DNA from: Lingula anatina
Taxonomy: Eukaryota; Animalia; Brachiopoda
Assembly: GCA_051362555.1 (NCBI GenBank)
Contig: CM120641.1
Coordinates: 47,250,401 to 47,314,400, forward strand
Reading direction: 5' to 3'
DNA: 64,000 nucleotides
The notes under the pieces: generated by a model
Database searches by the model: none
The model's input: the letters and a program-made list of their open reading frames with translations, nothing else
Told to the model about the DNA's origin: nothing
Position numbers and translations under genes: made by a program
Part shown: positions 10,745-21,700 of the stretch, in pieces
Layout: each line of letters opens with the position of its first letter
How positions within the stretch are numbered: the stretch's first letter is position 1

Positions 10745-13101
10745 ATATATTGACAAAAAAAGTAGACACGTGTTTCAATTTCAAATAACAATTTCTCTAC
10801 AGTTTGCACCGAGGCCGGAATGGATTGTCGTACTATATGGGACAAGCATACCAACTGCTGGGATTCCACCCCAGGACAACCCTCACACGGTGGCCAGGGT
10901 ACGTGGTTTGTTTCAGTGTTGCCTCATAGACTACACCATTTCAGAATTAATACCCCTCCCTCAGGCTTAAGGTTTAAAATGACTTAAGGACCTTCATCCA
11001 AGGTTGATCTAAACTGAAAGCTATGTTTTTATTCGAGCTGGACTCGCCTGTTCATGCGAGTTTTGCAATTGCTGTACTGCGTTGTAAATATGAAACGCTA
11101 TATACAAACATGCCTATAGCGTTGGAATTATAGCCTACTGCATTTCAGGTTTGATGGGCCGTTGGTATGATGCCTGCACCGGCTGGTTTCGTACCTTAGA
11201 GAGGATTCAGGTGTTCAGTTTTTCTTCCCCTTTCCTGAAGCCCCCGAGCGTGCATTTATTTGTCAAAAAAGGGAACGCTGTTATGTTTCCTTCCAAAAAT
11301 CTAGCTAACAAGACAATAGGTAAAGTGCAATTACTGGTGAAATAATTATAAATTTGATAAGCATTTGTGTATCAAAAAATAAAAAAACAAGGGGACAACG
11401 TTAGTTACAATAATGATTACTTCAAATTGCAGACTAAGTAAATTAAGGTAAAGGTGTTATAGCACGTTTAGGGGCTTGTTAGAAACTAGAATTTTAGAGT
11501 GGCTGCTTTAAAAACCATTATTTAATCTTGGTTAGTTTATTAATTGAGAAATGCTTTTTCAACAAAAAAAACATTATCAGTATACACTGTAAGGCACTCA
11601 AAGTTACAATAATTGTTACTTCAATCAATTAACAGATTTATTCAGTAAATTCAGGTAGAAGCTGCTGCAGAAACTGTATATTCCCTGATGATGTTGTCTT
11701 GTTCGTCTTGTTTGGTTGGTCCGTGTATCAGTTCTGTACCATCTAGATTTCTAGATTTAATAATTTCAGTGTATATTTATGTGTTACAGCATTCAGGGAA
11801 ATTTGACTAATAATACGAAGATACAAATAAAATGATATATTAATGAGGACCACGGGGAAGATAAAATATGCATTAACCGACTTTTAGCCCTCATAAAGTT
11901 TGATAAATAAATTAATTTGAAGATATTCATAATTAAATAAATATATCATTTAAAAAGTATCTGGATTATTCAAGGTTTCGTTGATGGCTGGGCTTGTGAC
12001 GAGAGGTGTCTGGCCAGATGGACTGACGTAACAGGTCAGGACAATATGACCGTCGTTCACGCTCCGACTCCTGGAGATATCTTTGCCAAGTTGAAAAGTG
12101 GTGAAGTAAGATATAAATCCATTAATACAGTATTTTACCGTAGCATCATAAGCAGCAGTGAAAAGTTCCATATTACATTAATAATTATGTTGTATTGTTT
12201 TATTAAGTATGCTACAAATGGTATATTTTAACCCTTTCACTACTAATAGATGGATGCAGCATTTTTGCCTTTCCTCGCCATGGCGGGCCATGCATCAGGA
12301 GCCAACCCCGAGTTTGAGCAAGTCCCTTGGGGTGGTTTTTATTGCACGGAGGCTGGGAATGGTATGATGACACGGAAAGACAACGACTTCACCTCCCATT
12401 GGAACGTAGGATTCAGCAAACTGGTCTCCAGCGGGAAGTTTAAGAAATTATGCGACGCAGCGGCTGCCAAACATGGTAAATCATATGCATATGTTTAATA
12501 TTTACTCCCCTATCAAAAAAGTGCCACCCTAAGGTAATGCGAAAATTGATTTAAAAATCAAGTCATAATCCAATAAGCTTTCGATACAAAATCAAAGTCA
12601 CAAATTAGTTTATATTTTGTACAATATCCCCTGGATTAGAGGGTGCACCTGACGCGTCTGTGTATGGAGTCAGAAAATCAAATGCGGTACTTTTTCGTGA
12701 GGGAGTAAATATGAGTATAAAAATAGACCGAAAAGGCATTTTTCTTCAAACCCCGGATATCAACTCTGGTATATATGAGGAAAGGACGGACGGGGACAGG
12801 CTGGGAAGTGATGAAGGCAAAATAAGGTTTTAACAAATTTACGTTTGGTCTATTGCAATTAGAAATTGAAAAGCAACCACTAGATTTACTAGATATAAAT
12901 GTATCGTTACATTATTACAGGCATTATTACAGGCAGAGTGTAATGCAATAAATTATGATCGTCATTTATAAACAGTTGAAAATAAAATTAGTGCAATATT
13001 AGGAGACACTTTATCTTGAACAATAATAATCATTTTATCTTTTCTAAGTTTTAAAACTTTTTGTAGGTTTTCGTGGTCCCGTGGACTGCGTAGACGGCTA
13101 A
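8752..13101 (+). CDS. Type II membrane-anchored SBP_bac_3-like protein, copy B, 344 aa
   Basis: Exons 8752-8797, 9657-9936, 10442-10491, 10803-10898, 11149-11319, 11975-12105, 12250-12475, 13067-13101 (1035 nt). Phases and internal exon sizes are identical to copy A, and the ORF is intact, ending GFRGPVDCVDG*. Confidence 0.88.
8940..9350. repeat. 67-bp minisatellite, about 6 copies, intron 1 of copy B
   Basis: Unit TTTACTAGCTCTCAGGATGTCTATCATCTTAGTATGTCCCATCCACTGTGGGCAGCTGTCCAGTATC recurs at 9154, 9221 and 9288. Confidence 0.92.
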
Positions 13102-13349
13102 CACTATCATTAAGACCGGAGATGAAAAACAACAGAGAGAAAAGCCAATATTGGAACCCAAGTATCAACTTCAAAACTTAACCCGTCAAAAACAAAACTC
13201 TGTTTCAAGTGTTTATTGGTTTTCAAACAGATGTCCGCCATACCATATTTGGACAAAGTGTGATTGAGGGACCGCTCACAGTATTGCATTCAGCGAAAGT
13301 CCCCGCATTGGCTAGGTCGACATAACTCTACGTTATGAACGGCCCCTAA

Positions 13350-13574
13350 GGGTGCATTCCCAGAGATTTAGATCGATCCAGAGATTTAGATTAAGATCGA
13401 CCTAACTCCCTGGGGGTTCACGCTAAATTGCAGTCAGCCGAGCGCGCACCATAGTTAATTACCCCCTTACAGCTTTTAGTAGGCGGGACAGACGCTTAAG
13501 CCGGCTAAGCTGACAGTAATCTAGTGAGACTCCCCACAGGGATAGATCGATCTAAAATCTATGGGAATGGGGTC
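13350..13574. mobile_element. Foldback MITE, PIF/Harbinger-like (TAA target duplication)
   Basis: TAA|GGGTGCATTCCCAGAGATTTAGATCGATC ... GATCGATCTAAAATCTATGGGAATGGGGTC|TAA, with further internal inverted arms (..GCAGTCAGC / GCTGACAGT..). Absent from copy A. Confidence 0.72.
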
Positions 13575-15679
13575 TAAGAGGCATATTTAGTATGTATCGT
13601 CGCCATTATTGAGTTCATGTACAATTACCATTTGTAAAATAAAAAGATTATTGAAAAAAAATTATAAACAGCATATCTGTCTAATCACCTTAAATCGAAT
13701 GTACATATGTTATAGTTCTTGGAAATTTATAAAAAGAATATACACCATATCCAGCTTGTTTTTGTGAGAGGTCTACTCCAACACGTATTTTTATTAGTTT
13801 AACATTAGAATTTATGTGCACTGTCCAGCAATAGGGGCCTAGTAACTTTTTATGAGTGCATCAATAATTTTTAATTTGGTCACCCAGTTTTCCTTCTATG
13901 AAAATTATATTTTTACATTTCTGCTACAGCTAGCCAACTTCTGTGCAAATTGAACAACCCCATTATAAAAAATGGGAGTTCAAATATTGGATTTTTTGTT
14001 TAGATGCCTGGAATGCCTCTTTTTTTTTTTTGGACTTTTTATACAATAAGAAGTCCATTTTGAGTTTGTTAAGGAAAGTTTTTACTTTAAAATAACACAA
14101 TTGATAATAGAAGTAACCTTAATTGGGCATTAAAAAGTGAGGTCTTGTAAATCGCTGGTTTGACAGGAATGGCAGTTTCTTCTAGGAATGGTAGTCCAGG
14201 GTTCCATATTATGATTAGTAAAGGTAAGGGTTAGTTGGGGTTATTATGTGGGAAGAATGTCAACAGTATAAAGTAAAGACTTCGGTTGTTAGCCAACCTC
14301 CATTCCTGTCATATCGGTTCCATGCAGAAAAAAAGTTATCATAAAAATTGTCCTTTCTAAGTCACTATTTCTCTCAAATTTGTGTTTCAAACTTAAGATT
14401 ATTATTTTTGTGCCTCTTTTGAAAATAAATTAATTTTTAAAATAAAATTCTTTTTTCACTTATACATCTCTGTGACATATCGGTACTGGTACCTATTTTG
14501 GCAGGGCGCAATTCCGATATTTGGATAATTGACCCGGGAGTTGTAAATTGCAATGTTACTGCACTATTACAAACTCAAATCAATAAGAATTCAAGGTGAC
14601 TTCAGCGACACAACTAATAAGAATGTACTCAATTCTAAACAGAGTATGTCGTAACAATTTTAAATTCTGTATATGCCAGTGCTTTTTGTATAAGTCTTAA
14701 TATTTTTATCCATCCATATATCTGTGCTGGTACTTGTGAAAATCTTGCAGGTTACGTGAGCATAGTGTAGTTCTTTTTTTTTTTCAAAATGCAGCTGGCT
14801 GTCACCATTGATGGCCTATCATGCACAGCACACTGCAGCTATCAATGCGGTCCCAACCACCATCTTCACCAAACAAAATGAAATATATGGAAGTGGATTA
14901 AGATGCAAAAGTACAAAAAAAAAATGAATTGGATATATCTTTATTTAAAATATTTACATACTGTTACAGGTACATGTTGGTCCACTGATGAGTCATGAAT
15001 GCAGAAATGTGACTGTAATTTTCTAAAAGACCTGCTATAACATGTTGCATTCAATAAATTACAATGTATCATAAATCAGATAATGAGGTATTGCTTAGTG
15101 GCAGAATTTCTGTTTCGAGAAATTCAGCTGTCATGGTTTGTGACACTTCTCAAAAGTAAATGGTTGATTTTCAACATTTAAACTCCAAATTAAAACCCAA
15201 GTTTAAAATACCCATGTTTAAATCACAATCACAGTATTTGTATGTGTGCATGTGTCTGCGTGTAACATTATTTGAAATTATTAAACTTACAAAAAAGTCT
15301 GTGGAAGGAACTAAAATATAATCAGAGATTCTTCAACAAATAACTTACAAGTATAAACATCAGCACAGACATGGTAGATAAAAAAAGTGCTAATCCAGTG
15401 GTCCCTTGTTACAAGTAACATATAAAGTGAAAATCATATGCGCTGATTGATAAAATGTTGACGAGTGATAAGTATGATGATCATATAAAATATAGCCCCA
15501 AACAGAAAAATTACCCATTCTATCTTCCAGAATTGGAAAATTCTTATCTCACAATACTTCATTGTTCCTCTTGATAAAACCTCCTTTTATTTCACAATAA
15601 AAGATGCCGGCAAGTGTAGCAGTGTGGTTTTGACGTAGCAAGAAGTCTTTAAAATAAAATTATCTTATCAGTCTTTGTT

Positions 15680-17062
15680 TTACTCTGCCTGCTGTTCCCC
15701 CTCTTCTGCAGCACCTGTTCCTTCTTCCTCAGCCTGCTCCTCTGTCCCCTCTCCCTCACCTTCCTCTGCTGCCATCTCTGCTTCTTCCTCCTAAAATATC
15801 ACAATAATATATCTAATGTAGAATGACAGTATCTTGAATAATATCTTTAAAATATATTTTTGTCTGGAATAACAGTGTCTATCAGTAGCTGATTATTATG
15901 TCTATGATGCATTTGCGTCCTCCTCACAAGAGCCTTTGCAGGTCACTGGTGGTTCACCTGAGCCATTATGATATGATCAGGGACACAACACTGTCATGGT
16001 CATAGTTGCCTAATGTCTAATGACAGACACTGTACAGATCTATACAGATATACAACGGTGGGTTGTAAAAATATTTTTATGCATAAGCTTAAATATCTCT
16101 GTATCCAGGTAGGGATGTATCTAGAAAAGCCTGACTGTCTTATGTTTGAACAGTAGAAAGTGTGGTAGTGTGATAAGACTGCAGTCAGTGTCACACAAGA
16201 AATCTGGTTGTAAACTGGCCCTCTCTAAATAATTTAGTGCACTTTGATCCATGATAAACCACTGAGATGAGCTTATGGGACTTGTTTTACAATAAGTAAA
16301 AAATACCTATAGTATAGACCTGTGGCTTCTTTATTTGAGATTTATATTGGGTTAAGGTAAGCTGTAATGTGTTAAAGTTATCCCAACATTAAACATATGA
16401 TAATTACTAAATCTCATCAATGGGCAAAATTTATCAAACTTTCAGATTCATAATTTTATAATCACAAAGATTATATTTCTAAATACCATTTGATGTATTT
16501 TTACTGCACATGAACTATAGAGCGTCCTTTTTTTAAATTTTGTTGCTACCACTCAATAACTAATTTTAAGAAAAGATTACAGTATCTGTAAAATTCACAA
16601 TTTTCCCCATTGAAAAGACCGAGTAATTACAGTGAAATCCATTATAAAACAAGACCCTGGACTCCCTAATTGTTAAATCAATGTAATGTCTGATTACTTA
16701 CTTTCTTTTCTTCTGCCACTGGTTCTGCTGTGGCTGCACCCTCTGCTTCTGCAGCTGCTGCCTTCTGTTCCTCCGTGGGCTCGTCTCCCTCCATCACAGT
16801 GGGGAGATTGGGGGCCCCAGGGACAGCTGTTGCACTCTTAGATTTTTCTTCTGATGTATCACTAGCTGCTGCTGCCTGAAGAGTGAAGGGGACACAATTT
16901 AAAAACATTGATATTGAACACACATATAGTATAGTTACTAGTAGTAATCAATACTCTTTATCAACTATCTTATCACCTTCATGATTTACCTGAAGATACA
17001 TACAGTTAGAGCTCAAAATCTCTGGGTGACCATAATACCAAACAAGTATTGAAAGATGAACA

Positions 17063-17115
<53 letters not shown>

Positions 17116-17849
17116 GCCCTTACCTTTTGAGCTCGTTCCTGTGCAAATTTCTCTGCTTCTTCTTCTCTGATTGCTTGTCTTTCTAACTCTAGCTGATATT
17201 CAATTTCTTCCTTTTTTATTTGTTTTGCCTCTAGATCTTTCTGTTAAAAACATAAATGAATTGTAAATTCTCCAGAGTAATTTGTAGTACTTTTCTTTCA
17301 CATAACATTATGTACACAAAGTAATGCTTCTTAAAAATATAATAAAATAAAATAAAATGAAAACAAAACTCGATTAGGAGTCAATGTCCATTTTTGTTTC
17401 TCATTTTCTCTGCACTTATATCCAAAAAAATGTTTCACCATAAGAAAATAATGTAAATCAAAATTACACGTCAAAATCTGCATCTTAATGAAAAGTAAAA
17501 TATAAGAACATGTATGCAATTGGGAAAAAAGTGATCTTAAAAAACATACCGATCCACTGTTGTGATATTTATGAGGTTGGAATTAAATAAACTGACGGGT
17601 TCTCACATTTTAATTTTAAGTCAGATTATGAAAATTATATATTTTTGGTAACAGTAAAATTATTTTACATCACTTTATAAATATTTGTAAATCAAACCTT
17701 ACCTGCTGATAATATTTTAAGTTATCTACATGTTTATATAATCTTTGTGCGATGAATTCTATGGGATCATGTGGCCTCTTCTCACACACCTCTGCCAAGC
17801 AATCAGACAGGCAGGGGCCAAGCTGCTGTTTTAGATATTCTGTGTCCAT
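15680..17849 (-). CDS. DYDC1: DPY30 domain-containing protein (DYDC1/2-like), 182 aa
   Basis: Exons 17849-17703, 17240-17124, 16875-16702, 15790-15680, all phase 0. MDTEYLKQQLGPCLSDCLAEVCEKRPHDPIEFIAQRLYK is a Dpy-30 motif, followed by a coiled coil and GAPNLPTVMEGDEP (cf. vertebrate DYDC1 GAPNLSRVEELDEP). Candidate 5'UTR donors near 18042 and 18315. Confidence 0.88.
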
Positions 17850-18329
17850 TTTAAGACTTCTGGAAAAGGTGATAACCATTATTACAAAATAATAATACTA
17901 GTAATTTTAATTAATTTTAATTATTTAATTAATCTTAAAAGAATATTCAAGGTATAAATAACCTGTGCAAAATACAAAAAAAAAAAAAAAAAAATTATAA
18001 TAATAATACAGTAATAATAATAAAATAAATCAAAACAACCTACCTTGCGAGCGCTTTAAGATATCAAATGTTATCAAATAGCAAAATAAATTGGATAATT
18101 ATCACAGAAAATACGCTAGAAAACATTTTCATTGAGAATTAATCACTGAAAATTAAGAAAATACATTTTAAATCATTGGAAGTTGTACATATCTAATCCT
18201 TTGGCATAGGTTCGTGGAAACAAGTTAGCTTAATTCCATCAGTCCTTAGATACCTAGTTTGTGATAAAAGATAGGAATTAACGTTAATAATTTTTAAACT
18301 TGTTAGATTATCTTACCTTTGCCTCAGCG

Positions 18330-18736
18330 AATCTCCAGTCGGTGTTATGTTGCTAAGTGGGTCAATATTGAATCTCGTTGTGAAATCAAATAATTTGTTA
18401 TAGATGGCGCGCTAAACAATATTTCTTAGCAAATTTTGGCCTTACGCGAACATCTTGTAGATGAAAATATCAATGAATATGAAAACCCAAAGTCGTTGTG
18501 TTAAATATATTCAAACATTTTGAAATTAATATGTAGATCCATTTTCTTATTTGCATAGATTTCTTTCACCACATGCATATTGTGAGCTTATCTTGCCGTC
18601 ATGCATCTCTATCGTACAAACGAATCAAAAAGTAGGTCGGAATCCCCTTGGTTACGACGCGGCGCGTCACGTTACCATGCTGGTGTGAGTTGGAACAACA
18701 ACCATGTGCGTGTAGAGTTTCTGGAGTAAATCAATA
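18330..18736. promoter_or_regulatory. Putative bidirectional promoter between DYDC and SPMIP2 with RFX X-box half-sites
   Basis: Divergent genes with a CpG-richer interval. GTTGCTAAG (18349), CCTTGGTTAC (18646), GTTACCATG (18671), and an adjacent CGTCA half-CRE (18665). Confidence 0.55.
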
Positions 18737-21700
18737 ATGGCCTGCCCGGATTATCTACCGCAATTACCCCAGCGAAGTTACAGTTCCAACGACCTTCACG
18801 ACTATGGAGAGAATTATTGGAAATATTCTATCTATGGACACGGAAGGCTGGGGCCAGGCGGTCCCATGCTGTTTACAGGTGAGACGCACAGGTGCAACGT
18901 GACACCACGAGCATTTCCCGAAACATGAGACATGATCTACAAACAAAGTCCGTTCAATATTGAATAAAACTTTGTCACAGTTTATTTTTAAAGACTTTTA
19001 TAACCAAATGACACGTACGTGCATGGTCTTATATTTTGTCCGAAATGCAAATTACGCTATTTTAAATGTTATGTGTTGAGTGTAGTAGATTAGAATTTTT
19101 ATTTTTGAGTATGGCGCAATAAATGGGGTTGTGCTCAGGTTGTCATGCAACTGACTAATGCCACATGTGTTTGACAAGCTTTTCCAGACAGACATTATAT
19201 GTACATTATATACAGATACTTATATAGAATATTTCATATATTTAAAGAAATTACAATGGAAAATTAAATCGTTTAGACATCAAAAGATGAATGTCACTGA
19301 ATCAGTTCTTTTCAATCATAAAGCAATCGGCCTGGCAGAAAAAGAGAGGGACAATGGTTATAATATAAAATTTTGTAATAGACTACTCTTGCTAAGAAAT
19401 GCAGCTGTGGAAAATTCTGGTTTTTCTATTCTATCTTGAAAGATAACAATAAATTATATATTGAAAAGACTCTAAAGTGACCAAAGCTTGACCGAAAGAA
19501 CGGGGGATTTAACTGCTCTGTTTGAATGAAGAGAAAAGACGCACTAAGCGCTTTATATATTTTAAAAGGAAATGTGACGAAATATATTGCAATGAAGTAA
19601 ATCGTGTCACTAAATGCGTCACTTTTATCCACAGAGTTATGTTTTAATTTAAGATTTACGCATCTAAATTACGACATTTTAGGGGTTTTCTGTTTTATTA
19701 TAACAATGCTTTACCAAAAATAAAAAAAACTAAAAATTAAAACAATGCGTGCAGGTTTTTAAAAATTCCCCATAGTAGATCTATCATATCTAAAATAGAT
19801 TTGAAAATCTTATCTACCAATGGATATCAGTAGTGTACCTTGTGCCGCCAACGAATATTTTATGATGATACTAAGAGGTGTACTGCATGTGTTCCAAATT
19901 ATTTTTCATGTCTAACTATTCTGCAAAGCTACTGTTCATGTCCAACCTTGAGTTACGAACCATGAAACTCTCGAATAAAAGTGCCAGGTGTCAATATTGA
20001 TTTCTGATATGTCATAAAGAATAAATCGTGATTCATTTAAAACAAAGATATTCAATCAGAAATATTATAAAACATCAAATACAGGAGCTTGGACGGTCTA
20101 CAAATGATTCATGAGTAGATATTATTTTCGCGGAAAACTAGATTTGACTTGAAAATCCTGTAGATCTTTAATCTGTAGATATTTCATGAGAGTTTTTAGG
20201 CGTAAAATTTTTTCTGGTGACTGAATATCAATCTAAATCGCACCTACTTGACATTTTTATTCGATATACATTTCCTGGTATTATTTTCCCTTGGCAGCAC
20301 GAACCCTTTGATTGTAGAGTATAAAGGTTATTCGCATTTTATTTAAATCTCAATTACCTAGTCTCATTACGGCTGAACTACACAGCATTAAGAGTGACCC
20401 CTTCTCACCAGCACGCCCATTTCAGCGTAACTATATCCATGTGCAAACCACAGCGCGCCATTAGGCTGGGCTAACAAAATATTGAATCAACCGATCCGAC
20501 TTATTCCTTTTATTGCAGTCAGCTCTTTAAAATAAGGAAATGAACTCCGATATGAAAGAAAGCTAATCGATTCTCCAAATAAAAGTTGACATTTCTCGCC
20601 CTTACAAGTAGAAATGTACAATCAATGCTAAGCACAATAAATATTAGATAAGATCCGATTGGCAGATTAGAAGTGGTTCCTCCATCGAACAGTTATAGTG
20701 TTTTATTGCCTCACGACGGATTAGGACAAACAGAAACCAATTCATCGCACTGTTGAATTCAGTGTTACTTTTTCAACGTCGACAAACCTGAAACAAATTA
20801 GATATCTAATGAGGAATACTTCAACGTTTTCAACTTATGGGCTTATTTCATTGCGATTTACATGTTAAGTGACAAGAAATCACAGCGCCTGTCTAATAAA
20901 CGGCAAACAAACGAAGGATAATACACCAAGATAGTTGAATCCCGTCTAGTATCCAGTTCAGCGGATATCTGTATAGAAAATATTCCGGACTAATTGAGCT
21001 CATTAACAAGCAAATGTGAAAAGATACTGACTGATTTACTAACGGATCACCCGCATCACAGGAATATAAGAAAACTGTTTGCTTCACATTAGAGAAGACT
21101 TATACAATAAATTACTATTATGTCTAGTATGTCCTATCTCCCCTTCTCAGGTCCAGACGGCCTTTGGGATCACAGGGTCCGCGTGCAGGACGAGTACCGC
21201 TACGTGGGGGAGGGCACCATGTCCCCCCTAGGAACCAGCGAGGCAGCGTACCTGTGGCGGGCCCCCAGGGACTCCCCCCACCCCAAGCCTAAGTCTGCCC
21301 GTGTGGGAGAAGTTGGTTGGGGTGTGCCCATGTTTACGGACTGGGGGGTGCCCCAGTCAGGCAGGCAAATACAGGTAAATTTTATTTATTTATTTATTTA
21401 TTTTAGGGAGATAAGTCATATATATTTGTTATCGATTCGCCTAAATGCCTTTGACGCTGAAAAACTTTATCAATCTGATACCGTGTTACACTGTTTACGG
21501 ATAAAAATGTATAAGCATTGGGAAGCATCAGTTTTGATATAAGTAAAAAAGAAAATGAAGCCTAAACGATCGACTTTTAGATTCATCACAGCCTTTTATA
21601 TCTATTTACTTTATCGTCGAAACTGTTGACATCTCTTAATTTGTGGTGACTATGATATCAAGTACCTGCCTTTTTCTACCGATACGATTCCTTGTTAAAC

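Larger units (their letters stand above)
40..14400 (+). repeat. Tandem segmental duplication: unit A ~40-6675, unit B ~8050-14400
   Basis: Introns and flanks align as well as exons, e.g. CACCCTCCCTCGTGCAC (~505/8335), GAATGCATGCCGCCTCCTTCACTGTAAA (~553/8382), and CTCAAATTTGTGTTTCAAACTTAAGAT (~6649/14373) marking the shared 3' end. Confidence 0.95.

Noticed and set aside
897-13101. Bacterial contamination as the source of the SBP-like genes
   Set aside because: Seven phase-consistent GT-AG introns per gene, animal-type transposons and microsatellites inside them, and contiguity with animal genes.
897-13101. Ionotropic glutamate receptor / IR fragment
   Set aside because: No pore or transmembrane segments between the two lobes; one N-terminal anchor and a stop shortly after the domain in both copies.
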